From Octopus vulgaris (taxonomy: Eukaryota), in assembly GCA_951406725.2 (NCBI GenBank), contig OX597820.1, positions 115,134,001 to 115,198,000 of the forward strand: 64,000 bases of DNA, read 5' to 3'. Shown here in pieces: positions 13,981-27,400 of this stretch. How positions within the stretch are numbered: position 1 is the stretch's first letter; each line of letters begins with the position of its first letter. A program made the translations under genes and the position numbers. The notes beneath the pieces are model-generated. The model did no database searches and was not told the origin of the DNA. It saw only the letters and a list, made by a program, of their open reading frames with translations.

Positions 13981-14813
13981 ATTACTTTTATCAGTACATA
14001 CCGTTAACAGTTTGTGGTCAATATTGACAAAAAAACAGAAACCATTGAATTTATGATTCTCCAATATGTGTGTGTGTGTTTATTTGTGTAAAATAAACAG
14101 GGATTACATAGCTGAACCATAAAGGAGGAGTTCAGTTGACCATTCATGAAACAAGTTGGAATGATTGTTAAAAATGTAATTCTTCAGTTGGTATGCAATA
14201 AGTGGAAAGTCATCTTTGGAATTCCCAAGGAAGAATTTGTGTTTGTGCATACATTGACAGAATTCGTAGGTATGCTTGTGTGTGTTTGTGTCAGTAATAT
14301 ATGGGTGTATATGTAGGTGTGTGTATATGCAAATACATGTCTATGGTATACTTGGCTGCTAACACTATAAGTCAATGAACAGGTATTTCAGTAGATGGAA
14401 TAACTAGAATACTCATTCATTGAATCCAAGGGAAACCCAATAAATATTTATGTAGGTGTGTGTGTGTGTATATATATATATCCATGTGTGTGTGTAGACA
14501 CACACATACATCGATTTCAAAAGAAACTGATCCTTACATAAGTTTTCTGTTGACATATTCTCTATATGTAATTCAAAGTAGATATATCTATTAAATTCTT
14601 CTATGTCTGACCTGTACACATCTTATGCATTGCAGACAAACATCTTAATAAATTTGTCAGTGCAGTCTGATACCTAATATCTCTTAAAATAAATGCAATG
14701 TATAGAAATAAATAGTTTCACATTTGTCTGCCAGAATATTCAGTGACATTGGGTTTTGGAGGTTTTTTTCCAGTTTCAAAGTAGCAGAATTTGATATGAT
14801 AAAGACCTCTGTA

Positions 14814-14869
<56 letters not shown>

Positions 14870-14888
14870 TATGTATATATATATATAC

Positions 14889-16118
14889 ATCATCATCATC
14901 ATCATCATCATCGTTTAACGTCCGCTTTCCGCGCTAGCACGGGTTGGACGGTTTGACCGGGTCTGGGAAGCCAGGGGCCGCTCCAGGCTCCAGTCTGAAT
15001 CTGGCAGAGTTTCTACGGCTGGATGCCCTTCCTAACGCCAACCACTCCGTGAGTGGATTGGGTGCTTTTTACATGCCACCTGCACAGGGGCCGGAGGGTC
15101 CGGCATCGTCACGATCGGTTCGAGCATTTTAACGTGTCAGCGGCACGGGGGCAACGAGGTCCGGGGTACTTTGGGGATCGGGGTACTTTGGGGATCCAGG
15201 GTACTTTGGGGATCCGGGGTACTTAGAATGGGTAGGGGGTATGTGGAATTGCTGCAGAAAGCAGCCCGGGTCTTTGTAGTCACAGCATATCTCCAGAGAT
15301 CTCGGTCCTTCGCCATTGCCTCAGTGAGGCCCAATGCTCTGAGGTCATGCTTGACCACCTCATCCCATGTCTTCCTGGGTCTACCTCTCCCCCTGATACC
15401 TTCAACTGTTTGGGAGTGGCACTTCTTCACACATCTCTCTTCATCCATCCGCAGCACATGACCATACCATCGCAAGCGTCGCTCTTGCACACCACATCTG
15501 ATGCTTCTTATATCCAGCATTTCTCTCAGGATACTTACACTCTGTTTTGCATGCACACTGACACTACACATCCAGCGGATCATGCTAGCTTCATTTCTTT
15601 CAAGTCTACGCATGTCTTCTGCAGTCACAGCCCATGTTTCATTACCGTGAAGCATGGCAGTTCGCACACATGCATCATACAATCTACCTTTTGCTCTGAG
15701 GGAGAGGCCTTTTGTTGCCAGTAGGGGTAGGAGCTTTCTGAACTTTGCCCAGGCTATTCGTATTCTAGTGGTGATACTCTCTGTGCATCCACCTCCGCTA
15801 CTAACTTGGTCTCCCAGGTAGCGGAAACTATCAACTACTTCTAGTTTCTCTCCCTGGAGTGTGATGGAATCTGTTTTCTGAGTGTCTGTTGTGTCTATTG
15901 TCCCTGTGCATCTGCCGCACATGAAAGCTATCTTATCTGTTAATTTCCCTTTAATGTTGCTGCACCTCTTATGTGTCCATAACTTACATTGGGTGCATCT
16001 TATGGAGTTTCTACCTGTACCTTTCCTACAGGTTGAGCAGGGCCACCTACCCGAGGGGATGTGTGTTGAGTACCTCTTGCTGCTTACTAATACTTTGGTC
16101 TTTGCTACATTTATTCTA
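14889..16118 (-). mobile_element. 5'-truncated RTE-clade LINE (RT C-terminus with inserted PHD finger, 3' UTR, GAT tail)
   Basis: ORF 15137-16234: [44 protein letters not shown]. The N-terminal 39 aa are translated microsatellite. Confidence 0.9.
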
Positions 16119-16144
16119 ATATCTATATATATATATATATACAT

Positions 16145-16193
<49 letters not shown>

Positions 16194-16734
16194 CATATAT
16201 ATACATATATAAAATAGTGTACATTTAAACACAAGAGAAAACTGCCTTCAACAGGCAGTTTTTACACGCTAGAAGAAGTAGTCAAAACGACCAAAACCAC
16301 TTTTAAGAGCAATCTTCAAAAGGAATGAAAAATAAAAGCTTTTACCTCGTTATTTTTTATTTCGGTCAGACCTAGATTTCTAAATTTTTTTAGCAAGTAA
16401 AATAATTTGCTATGCAAATTTTTCATCAGTGACAGCACCATAACACTAACATATAATTAAGAGATGATTAACACATGTCTCTTCATTATACATTATAATT
16501 TTTCAAATTGACTGCACAAGCGCAGTTTCAGTCCTTACTAAGTGTATAACTGCCAAACTAATCTTTTAAAAATTGCTAAAAACATATACATAAAATATAT
16601 ATAGGGTAGTGAATATTTTTAGAAATTTCACTACCGGTGACCTAGCATGTATAAAAAGTCAATAGACAACATATTTTCAATATAAAATAGTGTACATTTA
16701 AACACAAGAGATATATACATAAATATATTCTTTC

Positions 16735-16932
16735 TTTTCCTTCTTTTATTTGTTATAGTCATTGACTGTGGCCATGCTGGAGCACCGCCTTTAGCTGAGC
16801 AAATTGACCCCAGAACTTATTCTTTGTAAGCCTAGTACTTCTTCTGTGATCTCTTTTGCTGAACTGCTAAATTATGGGGACCAGTATTGGTTGTCAAGCA
16901 ATGTTATATATATATATATATATATAAGCACG

Positions 16933-16968
<36 letters not shown>

Positions 16969-17110
16969 CGACGGGCTTATTTCAGTTTCCATCTACCAAA
17001 TCCACTCACAAGGCTTTGGTAGCCCAAAGCTATAGTAGAAGACACTTGCCCAAGGTGCCACGCAGTGGGACTGAAAATGGAACCATGTGGTTGGTAAGCA
17101 AGCTACTTAC
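16735..17110 (-). mobile_element. tRNA-derived SINE (CORE-like family)
   Basis: Same blocks as 10040-10832. Confidence 0.7.
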
Positions 17111-17787
17111 GATACTTACATACATATATATATATATATATCTAAATATATGTATATACATAGATATATATATATATATATATATATGTGTATATACATA
17201 GATATATACATACATATATATATATATACATACACATACATATACATATATATCGCACTGTCCCCTACCCATCTCTCCTCCTTGCACGTGACCAGTGTCC
17301 GGTCAGCCATGATCTTTCTTTCTTGGCCTGACTGCCAACTGTCAACACATCTTGTGTCCATCTTCTATGTTCCTGCCTTTAGGCTCTCACTTCATACATG
17401 CCAGTTCAATTTGAATCATTCTCAGTCGAAAGACACCTGTTGTTATTTCTTGTTGTATTCGTAATTGTGTACCTTGTTCTCTGGATTTTTTGTTTGTCTG
17501 TTTGTTTGTTTTCATCTTTATTGCTGTACACATTCGCTAGCTTTCTTACAAAGGGGTCTAATGCTCTTAGAGTAGACTTTTGTGGGAACAACCAAATCAA
17601 ACCATCTCAAGTGTAACTGTCCGAAATGGTCATGACTTCTGGTGTTTGATTGATGAAAGAAAACCAAGAATGACCCGTCTTCTTTTTCCTGCCCTTCTAA
17701 TTGTTGTTTCTCTTGTCTGCCTTTGTGTTGTCTCTCTGTCCAAACGTTTTAACGCCCTTTATTCCATTTTTGTTCCATTTTAATATC

Positions 17788-17818
<31 letters not shown>

Positions 17819-17839
17819 TTTCATATATATATATGTATG

Positions 17840-17894
<55 letters not shown>

Positions 17895-18092
17895 TACAAA
17901 GTAAGATATGGGTTATGAAAGTAACCCACTATGGATTATCAGTTATCCAATATACTGGGATATCAGTTATCCAATATACCGCTGGTAAGGTACCCAAATA
18001 CTAAATACATAAATGCTTATAATTGCAATGCAATTAATTCATTTATTGTATTGAATGGGTGATGGTAAAAAATATTTTACCGTAAATTCATA

Positions 18093-18279
18093 ATACAAAT
18101 AAGAAAATGGCGGAACAAATTCATTTCGATCATCAACTTAACAGATATTACAATTTCACATTATTTATTAATTATACAAATAGGAACATGTATTTGTATA
18201 ATTAATAAATAATGTGAAATTGTAATATCCGTAAGTTGATGATCGAAATGAATTTGTTCCTCCATTTTCTTATTAGTAT
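18093..18279. repeat. Near-perfect hairpin, ~90-bp arms, 8-nt loop
   Basis: 18093-18182 is the reverse complement of 18191-18279 with few mismatches; loop ggaacatg. Confidence 0.9.
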
Positions 18280-18389
18280 ATATATAGATATATATATATA
18301 TATATATATATATGTGACAAGAAATAATTTTTGCCTCTTTATGAAGACAAAAAAGTTTATAAGACTGCAAAAAAGAAGTGCTCAAATGA

Positions 18390-19400
18390 GATTGAGACAA
18401 AAAACAAAAAACATTATAACACCATGCTTCCATACATTTGATCATCTATAGATATTACCATGGATTTTAGCATATACAGAATAAACATAGAAGGTAAAAA
18501 AAAATTTTTTTTTCACTTCCCTCTATTAAAAGTATGTCAGAAAAAGTTCATTTAATAAAAACTATGGTAGGCTGGGGTCCAGAAGTGCAAGAGAGTTCCA
18601 CAAAAATCAAGTCAAACACATCTATGGCCATTTCGGGAGTTTGTTGCCACTGTTCGATTATGAGTTAAGACGCGTTTTGGCAATGACCCCCTCATCAGGA
18701 TGAACTGAAATCTCAACAATTAATTGTTCATGGGAGTTAAAAATCAGAAACATACCTAATTTAAAGATAATAATCTATCATAGGACCAGTCCAAATTTTC
18801 TAACACATACGCACACACAAAAAAAAAAAATCATTTTATTTCATTGCTAAACATGTAGGTGGCTGCTAATCATAGGAATTTTTACTATCCAGTTTCAAAA
18901 CCCAGTAAAACTAAATACTATTTACCACATCTAGTTTTACATACTATATACTTGTAGAAACGTAGAAGAAAACTTGTGGTTGCAATAAGGAATCACCAAA
19001 TTTATTTAATGTTTTAGGCTCAAAGGACCTAAAGATGGCAAGTGATTCCTTTATACACAACTTACACTTAATATTATCTCTAAAATAAGGACCCCTCAAG
19101 ATAACAGACCATTCAAAAGAGTAACTTTTTTTATTCTTCTTTAAGCTATGTATATAAGGGGCAAGTGTGGTGGAGTAACAATATTTTTCATTCGAAAACA
19201 AATTCATGTCAATTTAGTTGATTGTATATACCTTCTTAATAGGCCGTTCTATATATTTGTATTTTTATTGCATATATATTTCTTCACCTTCTGTGTTTTT
19301 ATATATGTATTCTTTATATGTTAAAGGCCATAGTAATATTTATTTATGATCAAATGTATGGAAGCTTGGTGTTGACTCGAATTTGATGTTTGTTCTCTAA
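18390..19400 (-). mobile_element. Penelope-like element remnant (GIY-YIG C-terminus, decayed hammerhead, inverted ends)
   Basis: ORF 18944-19207 (FEWSVI...CKLCIKESLAI...LNK); inverted repeats ~18390-18496 and ~19285-19400; CTGATGA...AAAACGCGTC on - at 18663-18706. Confidence 0.7.
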
Positions 19401-19454
19401 TCAATGTTATATATTATATATGTTATATCTATCAGTTGCCATGATAGATCGTTA

Positions 19455-19620
19455 GCCACTACACACATTTTTTTCTCTCCTTGTTTTTTCTGTGTCCCTT
19501 TCTGTAGAAGAGCGTAGGCTCAAAACATAAAAGACTTTTTCTATTCCTGAGCGTTATACTAATACATCTGTTTGTTTTGTACACCACCTGTCTTCGTCTT
19601 TTGTTTTATTCGTAAACTCT
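19455..19620 (+). mobile_element. Short dispersed repeat, probable PLE terminal fragment
   Basis: cttt-CTGTAGA-a-gagc-gtag-gctc-AAAACATA-aaag; homologous to 11110-11280. Confidence 0.5.
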
Positions 19621-19633
19621 CTCTCCCCCCCCC

Positions 19634-19674
<41 letters not shown>

Positions 19675-20455
19675 CATACATACATACATGCATATATGAA
19701 AATAATAGTTAAGTTTGTTTCTGTTTTTTTAATATAACAATGTCAATATTTAATTTTTGATATATTGTTTTGATGACTATTGACTTAGTATGAGTGTGTA
19801 TATGTATTTGCATATATATATGCATATATATATGTGTGTGTGTGTGTGTGCGTGCGTGTGCGTGTGTATATATGTTCATGTGTGTGTATGTATATATGTA
19901 TATAATATATATATATTTAATGTGTGGTCTGTAGTTGGTATACATTATGCAATTTTAGCCAATAGCCCATTGCTTTCTAACTTAGCTCAGACTTTAGTGG
20001 AGTAACTTTAAAACACTTTCTAGTATCTCTGCTCTACAGAATCTTTATCTGCTTTTGAAATAGATTTACAAGTAAAAAGGTTAAGTGGATGGATATATGT
20101 TAAGGGTGACAGCCCACCCGGTTCAACAATATCCCAATCCAATCATTTGGAAATTATGGCCTTTAAAATTTTTTTATATATATACATATATATGTGCGTA
20201 TGTAATGAATAAATGTGACTGAAAAACCAATCCTTCCTTTGTCAGCTTAAATTAAAACACCATTATAATTTTCTTTCTCATTGAATGTAAATCTATTTTC
20301 ACTATTTCATTTTTCGAGCATTAGTGTTTCTGAAAACTAGATCTTTACATTTTCTTCTCTTATATTTTTCAGGTTTGTGTTTCTTTCTTGTTTTCTTCTT
20401 TTACAGTAAAACAAAAGATTTTTCATTCAACTATTTACTAAATGTTAAATGGTTT

Positions 20456-20520
<65 letters not shown>

Positions 20521-20692
20521 TTTTTTTTTACTTATATTATATTTATCATTCATTTTATACTTTTTGAAAAAATATATATATATATATATTATATATTATA
20601 TCAATTATATATATTATTTATTATTTATGTATTGGTTTATGTCTGTCACTGTTTGAGTTGCATCATAGTGGTTTTATCTCTAATTCATATTT

Positions 20693-20766
<74 letters not shown>

Positions 20767-20790
20767 CACACACACACACATATATACACA

Positions 20791-22364
20791 CACTATGTTT
20801 CCTTTTATTATGCAGGTCAATCATTCCTCAATAAAATCAAAACCCCTTGTTTGATTTTCTTGAAATTTTTACAGAATATGTAGGATTACATATTCCATAT
20901 CTCTTGTACTATTCCTCTAAATTGGTGTACATTTAAAGTGGAAATGAAGAAAAACTCGTTTATAGGGTGTTTATTTTTATTATGCAAATTAACAAATATC
21001 ATATAAACATGTAATGGGATTTACATAAAGAATAATGCATAAGCAGACCATTAATATATTTGTATCTCTTCCACCAGATAATCATATTTACAAAGAATTA
21101 TGTATATATTTTACATCTTTATATAGGGTTAGAGTTAGGGTTAGGGTTTACCATCTATAAATATTCTCTCATCAACTGATTTTGCCTATTTTTCAACAAT
21201 CTCACTTTTAATATTTCTTTCAACAGTTTTTACTGCTTCCCATAGTAAAACGTTATTTGGATATTGTTTACCATTAGAATATACATCTTTTTTAATAATT
21301 GACCACAAATTCTCTATTGGGCTTAGATCTGGAGATTGGGTGGGGCTGGGGGCATTTCATTATCTCATGTTCTTTCAAACCGTTCTTAGCTAAATGGTTA
21401 ATAGTGAGTGTGAACGGGCATTATCATGCATAAATATGTTCTTTAACTTGAAACTTCACAATGTTGACTTGTGCCAATGGAAGAAGTTATCTAGAAACTT
21501 GTAATAATTTTCAGCACTTATTTTGATTCCATCAGCAACCTTAAATGGACCTATAATATCTCCTCCAACTATACCAGCCCAAAACAAGAGTCCCCCGCCA
21601 CCCTGCTGTCTTCTTAATCATGTTGGTTGACTTTTCCATGTAACACCCAGACTCTAGCCAATCCATCAGGTTCACCTAATGTTGCTGGGCACCTGTCAGT
21701 AAAAATTACATTAGTAAAGTCTGTCTTCACATATCTTTTTGCCCATGTCACTCTTTCTTCTTTATGTACTTTAAAGGAGGCAATTTTGTGAAATTTATGA
21801 CTGCCTATTTCTTTCAGTATTGTACAATGTTTTTTTCCTTTGTTAGAGAGTCTTGCTTCTTCTAAGATTTGTTTGCTAGTTAACCCACTTTTCTTGCACA
21901 TAATTCTTTTCAGTTTTCTCTTATCTCTGTTTGTGACGTTCTTGAAATCAGTTTTCTACCTTATACTTAATCTCCCAATGTTTTGTACCTGTTTTTTATT
22001 GTTCTGTAATCTCAATTTAGCTTTTTAGAAATTACAATTCTATCCTCTTCTCCCAGTAGTTTCACTATTTCTTTCTTCTCCTTTGATGTTATATCTGTAG
22101 TTTGACCCATTTCTATATCTCCTGTGTCTGAAATTAAGAAAAAAACATTTCAAAATCACATATCAAGATGGGGAAAAGCAGTATCTTGTTAACTATAATA
22201 AAACCCTATAAACGTGTTTTTCCTCATTTCTGATTTAGATGAAAAGTACACAAGACAGGGTATACATAATCCTACACATCCTGTAAAACTTTATAGAAAA
22301 TCGGACAAGGGATTTTGATTTTATTGACAAATGATTGACCCACATAATAAAAGGAAACATAGTG
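20791..22364 (-). mobile_element. Full-length defective Tc1-family DNA transposon
   Basis: Long (~200 bp) TIRs cactatgtttccttttattatg / cataataaaaggaaacatagtg; broken transposase MGQTTDITSKEK..., VIFTD, MHDNA, SPDLSPIENLW (DDE type). Confidence 0.88.
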
Positions 22365-22376
22365 TGTGTGTGTGTG

Positions 22377-22423
<47 letters not shown>

Positions 22424-22783
22424 AACAATTACAAAAAGTATGGAGACTGGTACATCTTAAAATTTCTGTTAATTACAGTGGGTTATACAGACAGCATAAT
22501 TAGTTGGTTCAAATGACAAACATGTATTACTCAACTTTATATATATATATATAATTGCAGTGTAAAAGGTGTTTATAAGCCATTTAAAGAGATGCAGCAT
22601 GGAATTTTGTCAGTGAACAGGTCGCTGTCTCAAAGCAACAAAAATATTTTGGCAAATTAAATTTAAATGTTGAAGTGAATCTAACGGTTTTTAAATGGCT
22701 TATAAAAACCTTCCATGCTGCAACTGTTTTTGTTTCAACACACAATCTCAAATCAGGTCACTTGCTATGCAAGTACGTCTCCG

Positions 22784-22879
<96 letters not shown>

Positions 22880-23103
22880 AAGAAGTACAGTTGTCACTAA
22901 AGTGACAAAAAGTACTAGTAAGTACCAGCATTGCTAAAAATAAGAGTCAAAACAATTCTTAGCCATGTGAGAGCACTTTTCTACTGGTTGAAAAGCTGTT
23001 AGAAAGGTACTCTCACGTGGCTAGGAGTTGTTTTGACTCTTATTTCTAGCAATGCTGGTGCTTACTAGCCCCCTCCATCACTTTAGTGACAACTGTAATT
23101 CTT
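22880..23103. repeat. Imperfect fold-back, ~100-bp arms
   Basis: tacagttgtcactaaagtga...taagagtcaaaacaa versus ttgttttgactctta...tcactttagtgacaactgta. Confidence 0.85.
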
Positions 23104-23136
23104 GCCTAACAGTTCTAAATTGCAAATAGCCACATT

Positions 23137-23183
<47 letters not shown>

Positions 23184-23185
<2 letters not shown>

Positions 23186-23496
23186 GAGGCGCAATGGCCC
23201 AGTGGTTAGAGTAGCGGACTCGCGGTCGTAGGATCATGGTTTCGATTCCCAGACCAGGCGTTGTGAGTGTTTATTGAGTGAAAACACCTAAAGCTCCATG
23301 AGGCTCCGGCAGTGGGGTGGTGGCGATCCCTGCTGTACTCTTTCACCACAACTTTCTCTCACTCTTTCTTCTGTTGGCCTGCTCGCTTAGCCAATGGGGT
23401 GGCGTCATTCGAAGGCTAAAACAATGCGAAGTCCATTGTGACCAGCGATGTGTAGCAACATCTGATAGCCTGGTCGGTCATGGTGATCACAGTGAT
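23184..23496 (+). mobile_element. tRNA-derived SINE, tail type B
   Basis: Same head as 6248; tail nearly the same as 46371-46680. Confidence 0.8.
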
Positions 23497-23507
23497 ATAT
23501 ATATATA

Positions 23508-24380
23508 TTTAAAATGAGAGTGAGAAATTGGATGTGAATTTAACACCAGTGGTCTAGTATATTAAAATCTGAAGTTTCAGTAAATTGTATTATAAACATA
23601 TGAGAGGGATGACCACTATGTGGGCAACCCTTATGCTAGAAGTAGAGCTGCTATGGTTTTACCACTAAGAAATTTTCTCAAGAAAAATTTAGCAAACACC
23701 AGAATGTAAGCATGCAAGACAAATGAAAAGTAACAAAAATATAGATTATTCACATACATCTTTCACTATTAGCAGATTACATAATTTTACTTACACAGTT
23801 TGTCCGTAGATCTTCAGTGTGACCGTCCATCCAAATATAATTTGCAGAACTATATACGGGGATGTCTGCAAAAGGTCAGATCTGTATATAGTTCTACCTA
23901 TTACACTTGCATTTTTCAAAAGTCCTTTTTTTGGCAGGCTAAATAACCAGAAAATAATACTGCAGAAATTAATTTACTGCAGTGGCTTTTGCCGGTTAGA
24001 GAATGTATTAATTAAATTTAAATTTAAAATGAGGGTGAGAAATTGGATGTTAATTTAATTAACATCATTTTAACACCAGTGATCTTGCATATTAAAATCT
24101 GAAGTTTCAGTAAATTGTATTATATACATATGAAAGGGATGACCACTATGGACGGTCACACTGAAGATCTACGGACAAATTGCATAAGTAAAATTATGTA
24201 GTCTGTTAATAGTGAAACATGTATGTGAATAATCTATATTTTTGTTACTTTTCATTTGTCTTGCTTGCTTACGTTGTGGTGTTTGCTAAATTTTTCTTGA
24301 GAACATTTCCTAGTGGTAAACCCATAGTCAATCTACTTCTAGCACAAGGGTTTCCCACATAGTAGTTATCCCTCTCATAT
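23508..24380. mobile_element. A-B-spacer-A-inverted B element (PLE pseudo-LTR-like architecture)
   Basis: 23508-23620 is repeated directly at ~24022-24150; 23598-23830 is repeated inverted at 24148-24380. Confidence 0.6.
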
Positions 24381-24388
24381 CTATATAA

Positions 24389-24475
<87 letters not shown>

Positions 24476-24484
24476 GCAGATAAG

Positions 24485-27400
24485 TTTCTTTATTAGCCAA
24501 ACAGGGCCAAACACAGAGGGGACAAAATACTATGTAGAGTTTTTCTTTTCCAAAAAAAAAAAGAAAATAGAAAAAAAAAGGAGAAAATGAATTTCTGATC
24601 AAAAGGGATCGTGTAAAAAAACCCCCACCAAAACAGATCATATATCAAAGAAAATATCAAAAATGTAAAAACATGGTTTATCTGTGGAAAGAAAAGCCTA
24701 TGAAAAGACCATGGTAACCTCAGACAGAGGGAAAAAACCCACATGAATGCAAAGTGCTCTCTCTCACTTTTTTCGATTTACAGGATCATGCTCAAAGTGG
24801 TTTCATCATTTGCTCGTACAATCTTTGCTACATTCACCCACCTTTTATTCAGTCTTTCATGAGACAAAACTTGCCTCTCTATTCTCACCTTCCTTTTCAA
24901 GTGGTACTTGAAAAAGTTGATGAGTGATTGGCCAGAGAAGAAAGTGTTTGTCTTTAAACCTTTCGCTCAAGTCCACCACACACATTCTTTCATCATTGCT
25001 ACCAGTATGATGAAGACTACCTTGCCTTCCCAGTTAAAGGAAAGTGGCAGAGCAATTTTCACGATAGACTCAGCTGACAACCAAATTCATCCCACATGTG
25101 ACAGCAATCGTTTGGCATAAGCCCACAGGTCTAAAATGGTTGGACACTACACGAATGCTGGAAGAACGGTTTTGCTGCTCTGACCGCATCTAACTCAGTC
25201 TGGTGTGTCTTGAACTGTGCCTGTAGAGCTTATCCTAAATGGGCAATGCTTCTCGATAGCACTGCCAGGCCAGGGATCTCTAGTGATTGTCCATTGGTCC
25301 CGGCCCAAAAGCTGTCCTGAACAGGCGGGTCAGGTGTTCTTCATTGATGCCCAAATTCTGCCTGATAAGGTCGTCACACCTCCCCTCCACTAATCCTCTA
25401 TAGAACGTCTTCATGGGATTGAAGTCGCACGAGTTTGCTCCCAGACGGCAAAGTTGCTTGAGAGCAAGGTGGAACTCATGCTGCCATTTGCCTAGCCTCG
25501 GTTTTTGTTTGATCCATGACTGTAGTTTGGCTAAAGAGATGAGCTGCAGGAAAGCATGCCTCACAAACAGTGACCACACTTGTTCACCCATGTCTATGAA
25601 GCGCCGGAGATGTTGGAGTGTCTGCGCATCATCATCCCTGGCATGCCCAGCCCTCCATTTAGTGGGTGTTGACAGAAAATGAGTCACCTAACAATCGGAA
25701 CGCTTCCCTACCACAAAAAAGCGGAAGAGTATGCATCCCAGTTTGGTGATGGTAGGGTTGGGACAAGGCACAATGGTCAGACGGTAATCGATGGCAGATA
25801 CGATGTACGTGTTTGCCACCTCCACCTGACCTTTTAGGGATACCTTCCTCTCAGCCTATTGCTGGGTGAGAGTGGCCACCTTACTCATTATCTCATCCCA
25901 GTTCTTCTCCATTTGGAGGTCTGCACTGAACCAGACTCCAAGCAATTTAACCAGTCCATCAGTCCAGCGTCCCACAATGGAGACACTGTTGGACAGCATG
26001 GGCTTGTTTCTCCATGTGCTGAGCCGCAAGCCCACTGACTTTTCCCGGTTAATTTTCACTCCCGTTACTGCTTCATATTCTTTTAGTGTCTTGCCAACCA
26101 GCTCGATATGCCTGTGGCTTGACACTATCACGGTGATGTCATCTGCATATGCAGACACACTCCTCCCACATCCCAGTTCTCGCAGGATGCCCCTCAGCAT
26201 TGGCAGCTTCCGCAGTAGTGGCTCTGGAGTCAATATGTACAGAAGCAATGAGAGGGGGCATCCTTGACGGACTGAGAGTGTGATGTTAAATAGTCTGAAC
26301 AGATCTCCATTTACGTGAACTACCAAGCGGATGACACTGTAAAAGACAGCAATCCAACCGTGGAAGATGGGACTGAAACCAGCTGCTCTAAGGACAGCCT
26401 CTAAGTAGCAATGGTCTACCCTATTGAATGCCAGGTTTCTTAACCATCCTGTCTATGATGTAGCACATCAGATGAAGGTTGTCATGGATACTCCTGCTTG
26501 GCATGGCACATGCTTGTGCCTTGTCGACCAGTTTCTCAATGACAAGTGCCAACCTCTTGACTAACACCTTGGCCAAAATCTTCAAATCTGCATTGAGCAG
26601 AGTGATAGGTCTGAAGTTATCTATGATGTTCCCCTTGTTTGAATCTTTTTTAGCAATGCCACCATTCCTCGCTTCACAGAAACAGGGATACTCCCATTTT
26701 GCTGCCACTTGAAGTAGACTGCTGCCAAGACACCTCCAAACAAGTCTGGCATATGACAATAAAGTTCGTAGAGCAAACCATCCAAGCCTGGCAACTTGTC
26801 TCCCGTGCAGCCTGCCATCGCATCCCATACATCTGCGGCTGTGATGGGTCTTTTACAACACTTGCCGAGAGTCATTGGCAGGCCATGAAGGTAGGCACTA
26901 AAGTCCACTCTGTGTTCTGACCCACCCAATTGCCTCGTTGCCCCTCTGCCACTCAGGCCTCTCAGGTGGCTCCAACTCCTTTGTTCCTCAGAGTATGCAT
27001 CGTAGCTTTGACAATGCATCCTTCATGTTTGGCATTGAAGTGTTAGTCAAGGGCCAACCTCGGCGCCAGTACATTGGATGTGATGCCAGTTCTCAGTACC
27101 TCTTTTAAATTCTTAACTAGGTCTTCCTCTATTCTATTTCAGTCTAATGCTAGAGCCTAACTGATTCTGCTTTAATTGCTTTCTTTAGGGCACACCACCA
27201 TCTATTGTCGATGATGGCATCTGTCAATGCTCTCTTAATTAATGTGCTAATCCAGTCCCTGTAAGCTTGGCGTGCCATGAACGATGCATTCGGCTTCCAG
27301 TAACCGGGACCCTGTGGCTCTTATCTATGTCAAGCATACAAGTCACAAATTTGTTATCTGTGTAGCTGACTATATGGAATTGTGGACAACCTACACTATC

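Noticed and set aside
21124-21148. (TTAGGG)-like run
   Set aside because: Only about 4 imperfect units inside a Tc1 element; not a telomere.
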